Assembly: GCA_002245135.1 (NCBI GenBank)
Contig: NGBS01000871.1
Span: forward strand, 372,001-436,000
Source of the DNA: Proteromonas lacertae
Taxonomy: Eukaryota
Direction: 5' to 3'
DNA length: 64,000 nucleotides
Shown: piece after piece, positions 12,001 to 21,300 of the stretch
Numbering within the stretch: the first letter of the stretch is position 1
How the letters are laid out: the number at the start of each line of letters is the position of its first letter
Notes under the pieces: generated by a model
The model's input: only the letters and a program-made list of their open reading frames with translations
Databases searched by the model: none
What the model was told of the DNA's origin: nothing
Position numbers and translations under genes: made by a program

Positions 12001-12899
12001 TTGATGATGTTGGTTATGCTATAGAATTAGAAAATACTCCAACACTTCGATTCTTAAATGAAGATGAAGATATTGAAGATGATAATGATGATAGAGATAC
12101 TAGTAGTAGAAGTATAAATGGAATAATTTATCCCAAAATCAACCAAGTAAGAAAAGGTAAAAAGAGTAGTTATACTCAATGTGATGATATGGAAATAACT
12201 TTATTAAACTTAGAAAGAAATGATATTTATTACATCAGAGTAATGTGTATGAATAACATTGGATATAGTCTCAGTACCGTTTCGAATGAATTTATTAAAC
12301 CAAGTGGAAGACTTTTACCACCATTACATGTAGTATTATTGAAATATAGATATGGAATGTTACGAGTATTATATCATCCAACAACTGATGATGGTGGATC
12401 TCCTATTGTTAAATACATTGTGATAGTAAAAGTAGAAAATACAAATGAGACATTTTCAATTGAAAGGAATAATCTATTAGATCCATCACCTTATATTCAT
12501 ACAATTAAGAATTTGGAGTATAAAAAGAGTTATTGTGTAGAAGTGGTTGCTTGTTCAAGGTTGAATTGTAGTGAAGGTGAGAAATCAGATCCATACTGCT
12601 TATCTCCACTAAGTCCATTAAACAGTGAAATTACTAGTGATAAGATTAAAGAAACTGTTAATCCATTAAGAAGATTGAAGCAAAAAGTCAATAATGAAAG
12701 AAATAAAAATAATATAAATGAAGAAAATTATATGAATAAAAATTATAAAAACAAAGTAGAGAATAAACGAAATAGTTTGTTTGAAAAATTAAGAATAAAG
12801 AAAGAAATAGATGAAAGAGAAAAGGAAGTAAATTCTTTAGTGAATAAAATAAATAAAAATGATAAAATACTAGATGAAGAAGACTTGTTAATTTCTTAA
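3..12899 (+). CDS. Giant (>4300 aa) fibronectin type III + 'EVQ...G.F.L...W.ITF' repeat protein (titin-like, probably extracellular); 5' end lies outside the window
   Basis: The frame is open from position 3 (RCVVSILPVLK...), so GTG at 57 is not the real start. It has multiple FN3 motifs (e.g. LTLNWNIPLYDGGSLLDHFEV, FWNEPYSNGGSEILRYRVEW, YYIRVMCMNNIGYS) and many EIQ/EVQ-initiated repeats. No intron is evident in 12.9 kb. Confidence 0.85.
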   Translation, partial: RCVVSILPVLKPISGIITVKTGEDKIYLSEYWNIYNFNKNLIRIEVGDYIWIADDRYEIKNITNNEVEIYPSFIKESGEYTVFKQVKGKKILIHLRSVVGYENLQTFNIKPDPVTPLKGYGIKLQLITPFSIPKYEYHIGNNLNTYVLTLETKGVKENSELYYKIDVDDIYNNNNPSICIKYDWKDEIIKNRFHEKGYKVNIKSYTFGNDYCEHVINLYGRYETPLPVFIFSGYYKDSDCNTVIESNKNDGEETYYKGEISHEVTSSSYSSYNRIYNALKPNTEYIIRVSCSNSRGYGNTTVIKHRTLNQPIRPDPPSSIALGIYRVNNKVSINYKPPLISHGYPIYMYRIEYDRTPTFENAEIMNITRIQEIQEIKITELKHPFSGNFTLKFLGVESDPISIFASEDDVRIQIENITQTSNKPGTPIMVRYIDGYNTKRWMITFSWFKGTIPKLEIDDKNIENGYGVINRIRRGRNDIIPLDYTDETQILNLNGYTGKFLLSFEGYNTNELDTSNLNKTTLKDELEKLPTIDLVTIESNSNDNEYIITFHYLGHELIMGTGSIQLLIPKSSSTFEVIEEIKIQKYITGTLPLELYTKELDINENYYFRFASYNYRSGWSYYSDYYMLNAIEKPPLPLNVSVSRLNISEIELKIELEPNSLVVDNKMDGLTIEYYSKRDEPEIQIVSLISNDFTEEEKVNYNEIQRIISTSTNGSFYIQVNDEITMPINYNATAEELKTKLNRLTSVVGDIIVTIPNDVFNDDENDYYKWDITFKSLHYERNMKLLKGLNYYGNLYIRNIRKGHTPIKGYFTLCFNKSEILETSIQCTQNMVYNISAEDMKESLLMLKGIGNNITVERYNNYNGNGFDWYITFNDLNYDINMLIPTVAHITGPKPMIYVSELRKCVGNSEYIVLYKEDLLESESTFRNMFEYSNNVVKVNITDLEYDELYYFIVNIFNDIVIVNNPFVPAIIPCGRPDIAKSTNPTKINKDVMKLEIELGDMKGCELSEIKIYFYDNTRTLISTENFTEFTIDENNTIMLFVDLPEGSSFGYYQKYSVQLINDAGESDLTEIVEVYCPDDQKVSNLPEEFNVIFLSESQVLVNWTTPVNPIEENRPFIYNYTINYTSEEISESFTLSNETNELIIGKRNIYNGMETPKLNNLKLDFYVWNSIGYNKTSFSGNDAEIVAPSVPTDVNLTVGSYNNLTLNWNIPLYDGGSLLDHFEVNYTKDNETFESVILPIIHESHLLEVKPSQNCSYYDQERPIIPEVQQLNIELTEEPKNPIFEYSIYVDGEITPQISEIVIGDFDGDKYNQNEVQSVAITGFIVPAEKIIVFPNEEITIQVIQNNRRRMLVDGVYKNEENDDEILKSKLSSTQASTGNTCKYNFCDKNETESAKDCIKQILVENIIDDDYENTTDVAIDIDYLEEGKCEYKITYSGIRSKVPNVEIEKVTNGRMLQTTDNDNILVSQNQGNIITGSISLILGDKETESIDLDDKMCEKVEEAFKTIYEKRVNCTMDEEKTFGNGYTLHITFVNSTHEVPLLKRGVKNTHLEGLYPSISIIRESQGSEISGKFSLKHPLDLWPEVEFEYNDKDYVIIEKLQKLYHTPYGIKAFDVKIVNDIKSSSKKWIITSYPCEYCQHIGSENIPVITSNNLTTNVIKSNNEEVNVSIIITDSGNRPINGYYTLTLDLTECYGCRNPISATTDLIPYNASESELREKIEELPNIESIRVKREVINGDYGFYRYYVELVEDLDLHSFGRLCYISDEDLDDNDEEDSKYYKYINNTNNNEDEDYNNSCSHVLYVNTTNLYGGKEVRMLEDNEDGNDDEILVNVTLIQNGNTIDGNITLDYGYGCEIFIKHHYTNETEVINQYLDEKCKMFFTNVTVTKEEFGFYGNTTWNISIYENYVTRLPNITNNTFEDSVRVTVLSLLHPDYDYTYTLAEETSSSSNSGLDEDYYSTITPHPYGDKTIESLVRCDVDDENDELYFTVNTTEFSTIIEYEKESNLTDELIDVFLNISTVNDINITMIPVYDVPVPYIRVKVYRGSKNVTLLNEGYDLKELFRSQKRFILKPIPVEVEEEESEEEEEEEGDSNRILEMSETEDGEYYYLGNIIQYNGTDIRLSEKIYDIIDIKDSLRIFGEEYEVVDMNIFTQKLTIPIDINNEEENQEEDEEEIMFLINNETATNCISIRANSSVYEEEFKQMFKNDNIVVNILKNGKEMIINISYYDEIFYNLDNPASEYDWKVVLCNKTTTTTTTTEPITTTDSTITTTSGGDNEELNPSKVSLIERLLVEMNEDDYDGIEIVIDNIGDITKYNTITLNRAFNNPYGDMNKPIPIYKEAQIFEYDVDCGCLTEEVRAMPSYDNLGIYINYNNYNYRIDFISIIGRDEVPKIEFIPSSGLNITYNTEYIPSVIPSKFTLYLNNSFEYYSFKIRSHNEEDLYSEYSEVISAETTSVPSPVTKYNLERAKHINEIQKLETSTQYIEEIHEIITSAPEMYKVQSIHTYSDESYTDVELSFTFNFSMFDWEDNYVNITSDNYKIYKIIFPLDNDDVNNNTENTVLINNTCININNNTELGEIIIELVDELVNDKYELFINEVKGSYKMITVVYDIDEEENSGNKDIELSITTSSTCNGYKNQPIILNGTNNEIRVSSNDTIYKDDSVENMIKQSLELLPGIKTVNVEKSLADTENGYYYTILYSEIDNNTPEIGINILNEDNLANENSKCEIIDVILPNMIDGYFSLYLFDSVIDIPYNVSEDGLSSLLRPLVEKTQITREGPDSVNGYKWLITYIDFNDKLLKFPEVRVSQTLGGFKSKVEYNILSKVNTISGTFRLGLNNQYTNDLPFNITAESLKYELETTVPDIKNVSISRVEKEHFNQGYIWMITFLDMYQLPADVPMLQIVNNLNGIKSMVSVQEYMKGSNPTNEYLSVSFELPENENGYNIEGYLIKYYSVNDESREILEYNYTEGDLFNENQIIRFVKNNNNNRRLIKETDYDDGDTTTEILQPTTTSADTTTTTTSSDNNNEDEEEEEESIFKPNEKFIIRYGNEIIENIPANVKTNELREILEKLENINVVSITKDVERGMNYLCTAEYVNNTNKILVNTYIKLEINEMLIIENKRYSVVSYNRNNGEVVLHPFDRSVNPFQFSFNSENRFVNVYTFSPESYEYKISILSGKRPFQRFYFSTNNNNDDYSIEYHSLGCNKCLYIPTKPGEEYVAVILPYNKVGISLIEDYSINTPVLSEEIPSEVTNMYIEPISDYEFEIFWNEPYSNGGSEILRYRVEWSEYDNFTTQPLESPIYIDVNKQQSPYHTFISHLQYNKRYYIRICAENRVPFEVIAHDDNPPNNRKWSYYNENKGYLPTEQISLPLPPSNVELMELNLTSVRLIISSPKRSGNYKLRGFNIRYSLSSDFSEYKVESFNVSNEDYLFDYYYEMPSRFIYDIHNLQSGSIVYVEVQTINEGEYVSNYIRTTPSYVILEGPSDGITNLKLIPKEDEINGTKTDYNKLNIYWNQPTYDGEEKLLYYEVEYWLTKLVTPTIHRLECNVDVNSDDEPIIFNLGGSPIELPVDESELRYILMTYYGYHNVKVNMTIEGGNKYIYDISYLEDTQNRVVVPLISSDVNICNITMIRVGNRASGGNEVQTIELNGKKGGYFRVKHNNKYGNYVHYRDCEESAKELEDSIILLDGFIVKVTVDKNEYDNEILTCKYLIDYIGSFDDIEPIEVDLQYMKNMITKEYVCDGTIDPIKSHCDPIRSHIAEKPYKYNVIKYYNIGYNEMTIGNNDYDDEENYSLIPGEEYSVRITPVTYFGKGYSSEVKSVILPLKNPLPPSNFTSTIIYNEMDKLMVKYTKPISDGGSTIMKYSIQWSKDPEFTHIEPNRQVLIGNEIVDADNIICSGFYQYDIWEIIMPYNLNENITGRWMLRVLKDDVVVGRTGNMMYNLTGKIEDEDDERNIYNKDIGSGSLEYYLRELNIDINITRYDYDNETIYMVTFFDDVGYAIELENTPTLRFLNEDEDIEDDNDDRDTSSRSINGIIYPKINQVRKGKKSSYTQCDDMEITLLNLERNDIYYIRVMCMNNIGYSLSTVSNEFIKPSGRLLPPLHVVLLKYRYGMLRVLYHPTTDDGGSPIVKYIVIVKVENTNETFSIERNNLLDPSPYIHTIKNLEYKKSYCVEVVACSRLNCSEGEKSDPYCLSPLSPLNSEITSDKIKETVNPLRRLKQKVNNERNKNNINEENYMNKNYKNKVENKRNSLFEKLRIKKEIDEREKEVNSLVNKINKNDKILDEEDLLIS

Positions 12900-13112
12900 T
12901 TACTTAATTAAATCTTATTATTTTATTATATAAAAATTAAAATAATTCTTTATGTTTTTGTATAGTTGGGTAGTTGTCTATTCATTAACATATTCTATTC
13001 TATTTTAATTGTTGAATGTTATTTTGTAATACGAAAATGTTTAATATTTTTTTATGTTTTTAAAAACAACATTTAATAACATTATAAATAATAATAATAA
13101 CAGTAAAACAAT

Positions 13113-13993
13113 TTAAAACATTGATGATAAAGCTTCTTCAGAACGAGGTTTTTCAATTTTTTCTAAATTCTTTGTAATAATATCATGTAATATTGCATAA
13201 TGGTTTCTCAAATCAACTAAACCAAGTTTTAAGTTTGTATATTCCATTTGATCATATTCTATAACACTTTGATAATAGTCTCTAATCTGTGGATGTTTTA
13301 TTACCTTAGTTATTAGTTCACCTCTTGCTGGAAATATCTTAGAAGTATGTTCTAACATTGAAAAACTCATATCTTCTGCTTTATTACATTCATCAACACA
13401 TTCCTCTTGAATTCCTACTCCAAAGTTATTTCCATCTTCAATTTTGGGGATTTTGAGCTGAATCCACATTTTTATACCTGATATCATGTCAAGACTTTTT
13501 ACTACTGCATTTCTTATTTTTGTGACTAGATTTACTAACACACTATTGGCTGGAATTACTTCTACTTCTTCGTTTTTATTTAAGTTTAGTTGCTTCAATT
13601 CGTCTAATTCTTTTTCTATCTCTTTCACTGCTTTCATCTTAGTTTCATCAGATTTATCTTCTAGTAATGATTCCTTGGCTTTCAACAAGGATTTTGCCGC
13701 TAATATTTTGGCTTTTTCTAGTGTCATTTCAGATTCTGCAAATATAGCGGATTTAGGTATTTCTGTTGTTGAAACACTTTTATCTTCAGTATTATACATT
13801 TCACTTCCAAATTCCTATAAATATAATTGTCATATAATCATACTTGGATAAGATTATCAAAAAATAAAACTATCTCTGGTAATTCGTTTTGATAAGCGTT
13901 TTCTCCTTTAGATGATATATCCTTTTGAATGTCATCGATTTTTTGTAATTTTGGTTTTGGTGATTTATTTGATGATGAGTTTCTTCTTTTCAT
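13113..13993 (-). CDS. PSME3: Proteasome activator PA28/REG (11S regulator, PSME3-like); 2 exons, intron 13815-13843
   Basis: MWIQLKIPKIEDGNNFGVGIQEE activation-loop motif and C-terminal KNLEKIEKPRS. Splicing the 29-nt GT-AG intron joins MKRRNSSSNK...DNLIQ in frame to the ORF at 13799. Confidence 0.92.
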
Positions 13994-14149
13994 ATGATTT
14001 TTTTGATTTACTCAAGCTTCTATTTTAAAGCTTGATATTTAAATTGTTGTTTATTGTTGTTGTAGAGGTTATTGCTTGATAAATATAGTGAATACTCATT
14101 TTAGTTGGTTATATAATTACAGATATTAAGTATAAAACATTGTTTGTTA

Positions 14150-14440
14150 AAAATAGCTATTAAACCATTTTAAAGGTTGTGAGATATTAAAAATGAGAGA
14201 TACAGACAATAGATCAAAGAAAATATAAAATAATGGTATTTAAAATATGTTTAATAGAGTATAAAACTCTATTAACCCTTTGAAATATTTAGAAGAGAAT
14301 GGTATATTCAAAGTATTGAGTAGAATATTGAATCTATTAAAGAGTTTAAATGAAAGTGGAACAAATCACAGTGATTTTAAACCCTCCAATATCTAGTAAG
14401 TAGATGAAATGACAATGTTAAAGGAAATCGATTTGTACAA
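14150..14440 (+). pseudogene. Decayed Ser/Thr protein kinase fragment
   Basis: Collinear kinase motif remnants: KIAIKPF (14150), EILK, ICLIEY, HSDFKPSNI (14367-14393) followed by TAG TAA, then LKEIDL. The region is broken by stops and frameshifts. Confidence 0.65.
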
Positions 14441-14742
14441 GTGTAGAGTCGTACAAATATTACACGTGGAAGGAAATAGTGCATTTAATTATGATAGTTC
14501 AAAATATATTGAATAAAATATGAAAGACAAACATCCAAGCAAAAGTTTATATATTAAAAAGTGAGTAATAATCTTTCATATGTTATTAAATGTATTTCTT
14601 CACTGTTGTGTATTTTGGTGTATTAAATAAACTTGGCTTGAGTCGTTACGAAATATTTTGTTGATTTTCTTTTTTAGCTTTACATCAATAAATTCATTAT
14701 ATGATTATTTATATATACAAGTAAAATCATAATCAAAAGAAA

Positions 14743-15899
14743 ATGTCAAATTTTATTAATCCAAAACACAAGAAATCAGTATAACCTTATTTTTAAATTG
14801 AAATAGAATAAAACGATAGTGGAAACTCCAGAGAGGAAGAGAAGTATATTAATTTTGTTTTAATATCTAATAGCGTCCATTCTTGTTCCTTCCATAACTC
14901 CTTTAAACCTTGCATCATTGATGAACTCAGAAAGTAACTCTTCTTTGGTTAATACTCCTTCTCCAATGACCACAGCAGTATTTCACTTAATTTATATTTA
15001 TAATCGTATAGAAGTGTTTTCCATTAACTCCAGTTTGTGTATATTTTAAATAATATAATATGTGTTTAATAGAAGGTCAGTGAAGAAGATAAAGCAGAAA
15101 TTCGTCATAATTTAATTCAACAAAGAGCTGATGATTATCGAACAAGATTAGCAGCAGAATTAGAAACAAAAGCGAACGAAGAATATCAAAAAGAATACGA
15201 AGCTCTGACAGCTGCACAATTAAAGAAGAAATATGATCCATTAATTCAAAGAGAGAAAAGAATTCAATTAGAAAAATTCAGACATAGCGCCTTTAAACGA
15301 GTTAGAGACATAATAACAAAAGAATTAGATGAATGGGATAAGGAATATGATCGTCGAAGAAAAGAAATTGAAGAAAAATGCAAAAGAAATATGTTTAATG
15401 CTGACAAAGGAAAAAAGATGAGTTTAAGCCATTTAGCTGAATATAGAGAAAAACAAAAAGAATTAGAAAGAGAAGAATTGTTAAGAAAACGTATAGTTAT
15501 TATATTTATTTATTGCTTATTATAATAGTTGATGAAGAAAAAGCTAATAAAGAGAAATTATTATTAGCCAAAGCTACTGAAGAAGAAAGAAAAGAAAATG
15601 AGAAAAGAATTCGTGAAGAAACAGCGAAAAGATTGAAAAGATTGGAAGATGTACAGAGAAAAGTAGATGAAGAAGATAATGAGATAGCTGAGAAGAAAAG
15701 ACAAGAATTTGAAGAGAGAAAAAGAAGATTATCAGTATATACAGGTAGAAAAGATATGTTGAAAAACATAGCTGCAAAGAATGAAGAAACTTCAAAAACA
15801 AATGAAAATGATGGAAATACAGACAGTACAGAAAAGACAAATACAAATGAAAATATAGAAAAGACAAAAGAAACTGAGAATAAAGATGAAATTCCAAAC

Positions 15900-15940
<41 letters not shown>

Positions 15941-16496
15941 ATCTCCTACGAATCATGATAATGATAATAATAATCAAATATCATCATTATCTTCCTCAAT
16001 CAATACAACTACATCTTCAACAACAGTATTATTCTCACCAATTCCAACACAATCTCCTACTTTACAACTATCCAATATATCCAATTTTAATAATAATAAA
16101 AATTATAATTACAATTCTATTACATCAACAAATAGTAGTGTTTCATCTAGTAGAAATCTACCTCCTTTAAGTGGTAAAAGTCATCATAATTCTTATCCTA
16201 TGTCTGAATATGACTTATTACCAACCTCACCAATATCTAGTTTTAAGACAAGTCAGAGTTTGCCTTCATTAAGTGGTAGATCTACTCCAACTGAAGTGAT
16301 AGTGAAGACAAGGTATTTGAATTATAGTTGCTGTGGTAATAGAAGGTATAATGGTATGAGAAGAAGAGTAAAGATGAAGATATTAACCCCAATTCAGCAA
16401 ACACCGACTTATCCTACACTTGATCAGATGAGTGATACTAATTCTAATATTTCAGCATATTTACCTCCCAATGTTACTGTGTCACCCATAAAGTAA
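14743..16496 (+). CDS. Uncharacterised multi-exon protein: E/K/R-rich coiled coil followed by a Ser/Thr/Asn low-complexity tail
   Basis: ATG at 14743 (MSNFINPKHKK), several short GT-AG introns between ~14779 and ~15530, coiled-coil exon at ~15073-15490, last exon ends with TAA at 16496. Confidence 0.65.
15900..15938 (+). repeat. (ACA)13 microsatellite encoding poly-Thr
   Basis: Direct inspection. It explains the spurious poly-Q, poly-L and poly-C ORFs in other frames. Confidence 0.9.
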
Positions 16497-16668
16497 ATGA
16501 TAGAATATTTTTTAGTATATAAAAATAGTATTTCTGAGATTTTATACATTCTTGTAATTGAAGTATAATAGTAAAGTATTCGTTTCTAGTTTATTATATT
16601 GTTTTTTTGGTGTGTGTAATTTTGATTAATTCTGACATGTAAAAGTGTAATTCAAATTATTTTGAAAA

Positions 16669-18192
16669 ATGATTAATACTGGTTTATATTTAGGAATTGA
16701 TTTAGGATCAGCCTATTCTTCTGCTGCATTTATGAAGAATGGTGATTTAGAAATGGTTTATTTTGGATCGCAAATGAATAGTGTTGCTTCAAGTGTTACT
16801 TACAATCCAAAAGAAAAGGGAGAAGTTATAATAGGTGATATTGTGAAATATTCTTTTAAAAATATTCCTGGAATGGCTTATGATTCAAAACGGTTTATAG
16901 GATTAAGTTATGATGATATTGATCAAGAAGAATTGAAGAAATATTTATTCAAATTAACTACAGATAGTCAAAGAAGAATCTATTACGAATTACAATATAA
17001 CAAAAGACAAATCCATGTAACTCCAACAGAAATATCTGCAGAGATGTTGAAATTTCTAAAAAAGACAGCAATACCACAAATATCACACAAGAATGATGAA
17101 AACAATACAGTATTAGCAGTAATTACAATTCCAACGCACTACAAGCTAAGCCAAAGAGAAGCAATACTGGAAGCAGCTAAACTGGCAGGAATAAATGTAT
17201 TACAATTAATAAACGAACCAATAGCAGCAGTATTATCTTATTTAAATTCAAATGAAGTAAAAAAAGAAAAATGTAAAATTTTAGTTTTTGATTTTGGTGG
17301 TGGAACATTGGATGTAAGTGTAATGAATAAAGAAGACAAAAATATAAAAATGATATCAACTTATGGAGATAGTCGCTTTGGAGGCCAAAATATAACAAAT
17401 TGTTTAGTGGATTACTGTGAAAAATTAATAGAAAATGAAATTGGCAAAAATATATTTGTTGATAATATAAGATATAAAATGAGATTAACTAAAGAATGTG
17501 AAAATGTAAAGAAATTATTATCTATGAATGAAGATGATAAGGTATCAGTCGATTTTGGAAATGATATTGAATGGGAAAGAGAAATAAAAAGAACAGAATT
17601 GGAAGATATATGTAGTGAATTGTTTCAAAAGACAATAGAAATAGTGAATAAAACACTCGAAATAGGTAAATTGACAGATAATGACATTGATTATGTGATA
17701 TTAGTAGGAGGGAGTAGTAGAATACCAAAAATACAAGAAATGATAAGAAATAAGTTTAAAAAGGCAGAAATATGTAAAAGTGTAAATTCTGAAGAATGTG
17801 TAGCATTAGGTGCAACCATTTATTCAAAAATGTTTCAGACACCTGAAACGGATAGAAAATTTATAATTAAAGATATATTGAATCATACAATAGGTATAGA
17901 ACTTAATAGTGCATTAATAAAAGGATTAATAAAACCAATATTTAAGAAATTTACATCTTTACCTTGTGAGACTGTAGAAATGTTTAATATGAGGAAGAAA
18001 AGAGCAAATATAAAAGTATATGAAGGTGAAGGAAAATATGTAGAGAATAATAAATGTTTAGGAAGTTTAGTGTTTGATTTAAAACCTGATCAAATTGAAG
18101 TTAAAGTGATCTTTAGTATTGATATTAATGGAGTTCTTCATATTGAAGTAGAAAATGGTGATGGGAAATTTATGAAAGATTTTCAATTTTAG
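16669..18192 (+). CDS. Divergent Hsp70-family protein, intronless, C-terminally truncated (no lid, no EEVD)
   Basis: Motifs GIDLGSAYS, DSKRFIG, LINEPIAA, VFDFGGGTLDVS, VILVGGSSRIPKIQ, IKVYEGE and FSIDINGVLHIEV; 507 aa. Confidence 0.9.
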   Translation: MINTGLYLGIDLGSAYSSAAFMKNGDLEMVYFGSQMNSVASSVTYNPKEKGEVIIGDIVKYSFKNIPGMAYDSKRFIGLSYDDIDQEELKKYLFKLTTDSQRRIYYELQYNKRQIHVTPTEISAEMLKFLKKTAIPQISHKNDENNTVLAVITIPTHYKLSQREAILEAAKLAGINVLQLINEPIAAVLSYLNSNEVKKEKCKILVFDFGGGTLDVSVMNKEDKNIKMISTYGDSRFGGQNITNCLVDYCEKLIENEIGKNIFVDNIRYKMRLTKECENVKKLLSMNEDDKVSVDFGNDIEWEREIKRTELEDICSELFQKTIEIVNKTLEIGKLTDNDIDYVILVGGSSRIPKIQEMIRNKFKKAEICKSVNSEECVALGATIYSKMFQTPETDRKFIIKDILNHTIGIELNSALIKGLIKPIFKKFTSLPCETVEMFNMRKKRANIKVYEGEGKYVENNKCLGSLVFDLKPDQIEVKVIFSIDINGVLHIEVENGDGKFMKDFQF

Positions 18193-18335
18193 TTGTATAA
18201 TATTTTGTATTTTGTATAGTTTATTTGAATTTTGTGGTTGTTATTAGTTTTTCATTTTTACATGAGAAGATAAAAGTTTAAAAAATAATAGGCGTTTCAT
18301 ATATCGTTTTTTTGATCAAAATTTCAAAATAGAAA

Positions 18336-21300
18336 ATGGACAATATATACGATCCGCATAAGCGAACAGTTACATTTTATAAAATACATAAGTATTGTTT
18401 TATTGTTTTATAGTAAATAGAGATGCGGTCGATAAGTCTAATGCAAAATTGAATGCTTTAACACCTGTATTGATTATAAATAGCTAATTATGTTTTAGAT
18501 GCCTGAAACAATAGATATATTAGAACAACAGCTTAGAGAAAGACCTCACTATGTAACAAAAGGGTCCTATCCAAATTTTGGTACTTCTCGATATTTAAAT
18601 ACACCCAAATCAGTTCCAAATACATCACGAAAAAAGAATAAAGTGAATTTACCACGAATACGTCATTCATCTTCAGAATCGAGAGCTTTTGCTACAACAA
18701 ATTTAGATTATGTTCTAACACCAGCTCCAGCAAATTATGGCACATACAATTCAGAAACAAACTCAATAGAAAGTAGAAGTCCACTTCCAAGCAGTATGTA
18801 CTTATTATTAATATGTTATGTATATAGAGCCAGGTTCTCCAGTATCTCCAACACTTCCTCTAGTAGGTGAAAACCCATTACCTATCTACAATCCACTTCC
18901 ATTTTCAGAAAAAGATACATTCTGTGTTACAGCGGCAGGAAAAACATCATTTCTTAATCCTAATAAATCAGTACCAGCAATAATTAAATCAAAATACCCA
19001 AGCGAGTCATACAGAGATTTTCAATTACAAAATCGGTTGTGTTATGAGATGTTCCAGTTGAGAAAAGATCATGCATTAAAGTTCCTTCAGTTTAATAGGA
19101 AATTGCATTTAAATGACTATAGTATAGTAACTAGACAGAGATTATTAACAAATGGCTTGCTTCATAGTCCAAGAGAGCAAATTAGTTTGAATAATATAAC
19201 AGTTAGTTTAGATCATGTATTTTATAGATATTAATTTATTCTTTAATATAGATTTCTTCAAAAGGTGTATCTGAAGGTGAAGAAGTGAAAGAAGAAAAAA
19301 GAATATTCCAATGTTTCGTATGTCAAAAGATATTTGAAACTGATTATAAGTTAAGATTGCACATAATTGAGCATTATCGTGTTGCAACCCCAGATGTTGA
19401 TATATACTACCCAGAGAGTGAGATGGTAAAGAAATTAAACAAAATCGTCGAAGAATTAGAAAGACCCATTGTTAAACAAGTTCAAGATAATTGGGCATTT
19501 TTTGAATTGGCATATTTTCCAAACCCCAAATTAGTTGGTGCGAAAAGAAGATGGAAAATAAAAAGAAATAATAATAAAAAGGAAGATAATAACAGTAAAA
19601 ATGAAGAAGGAGATGGTGAAATAAAAGTTGAGTATTTAATTTCATTATTATGTTCTCCAATCTTACCAAAACCATTCGATGAAGATAATTTAGAATTTGC
19701 CATCAATCGAATTGGAAGGTATTTAGATGCAGCTGGTGAAACTAGTACAATGTCATTTGATACATTTCTAAAGTGTTTTGGACCAGCTCCACCTGCTTCT
19801 AATCAAGTGAAAAGAACAATTGATAAATTGAAAAATGATATGATTGCTGTGATTGAACCAAATTTGACATTATTTGGAACAAGTGGAAAAGCTCGAGAAG
19901 ATTTGATTAAAGAATATTTAGAGGATAAAAGTGTATATATATTTATTTATTATTATTTATTATTATTAATTAGATTGATTTACAACAAATGGAAAGAGAC
20001 ATTTATATAGATTCAATTGTCACAATGCAAGTATATATATATATATATTATTAATTTAAATAGTCATTCTTCCGTTTAGTAAAAGCCAAACTCATTGTCA
20101 AAGGAATGAATGATGATAGAAAGGCCTACAGATTGTACAAACAGAATCAACGTAAATATCTTCGATTAGTCTTAACCAGTTGGAGTAGAAGAGCGCATTA
20201 CCATCAAGAATTATTACGAAGATGTCATAGACACTTTGCATCATGGAAATTCTATTGTAAAATACAAAGACAGAAGAGATATATGTATAGAATGTGTTTC
20301 TGGCCATTATATGTGTGGAGAAGGTATGTTAGAAAGATGATGAAAGCAAGAGCAAAAGCACAATTCTTGAAGAAGATATTTGAGACTTACATTCAAATTG
20401 ATATGATTAGAAGATATAAAAGATGTGTTGATAATTGTATTATATATTATTTTATTTATTTATTTATTTATTAGCTGTGAAATTAAGAGAAATTATTGTT
20501 GGACATAGAAGAAAAATGAATAAGAGATTGTTAAAAGATGTATTCTTTTATATATATATTTATTTTTATTAATAGTGTTTCAAAGGATGGTTAGCTGTAA
20601 TATTAGATAAAAAGAGAATTATGGAGACTTGGAAGAGTAAAGGATTGTTCTTAATGAGAAAACAATTAAGTGGAAGAGTCAGGACTCCATTTTCTATATT
20701 GGCATATTATTCATATGTTAGACATTATTTAAATACAAAATATGTTTATCAGTATGATATTCATATATTCTTATTTACTGTTTAATAGAGTAACACGATA
20801 TGATTGTTCAAGTGAAGAATCACGAGTAGAATTAAAGAAACCTGAACTACCACCAGTACCATCCAAATACAACAGATTATCAATGACAATTGTCGGATTT
20901 GATGTTATCTGTAAACCAATGAGAGACAAAATGATTGAATCATTTGAACATAATCATATTTTACCTATGAAACATTATTATACACATCGATTTAGAACAT
21001 TATTAACATACTGGAAGATAGGTGCTACTGAAGCGAGAAAAGAAAAAGTTTGTTTGATTCATGGATCATTATTAATATTGAAACATGGATTTGAGAAGTG
21101 GTTAACTTATCATGTAAATTATAAAGAGAAATTAAGACAAATTGAATTGTTGAAGAAACAATTATCTGATAAATATCAAGTCAAGTTTGATGCAATTGAA
21201 TCTGAATTTAATGAAAAAGCTAGAAGAGTTAATGTATATTATATATATATATATATTATTTGTAAAATAGTCTGAGTTAGAAGGAACATTTGCTTTATTA

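Noticed and set aside
15506..16170. Overlapping short ORFs with poly-L, poly-C and poly-Q
   Set aside because: Alternate-frame or antisense readings of the (ACA)n poly-Thr repeat and the coiled-coil exon.
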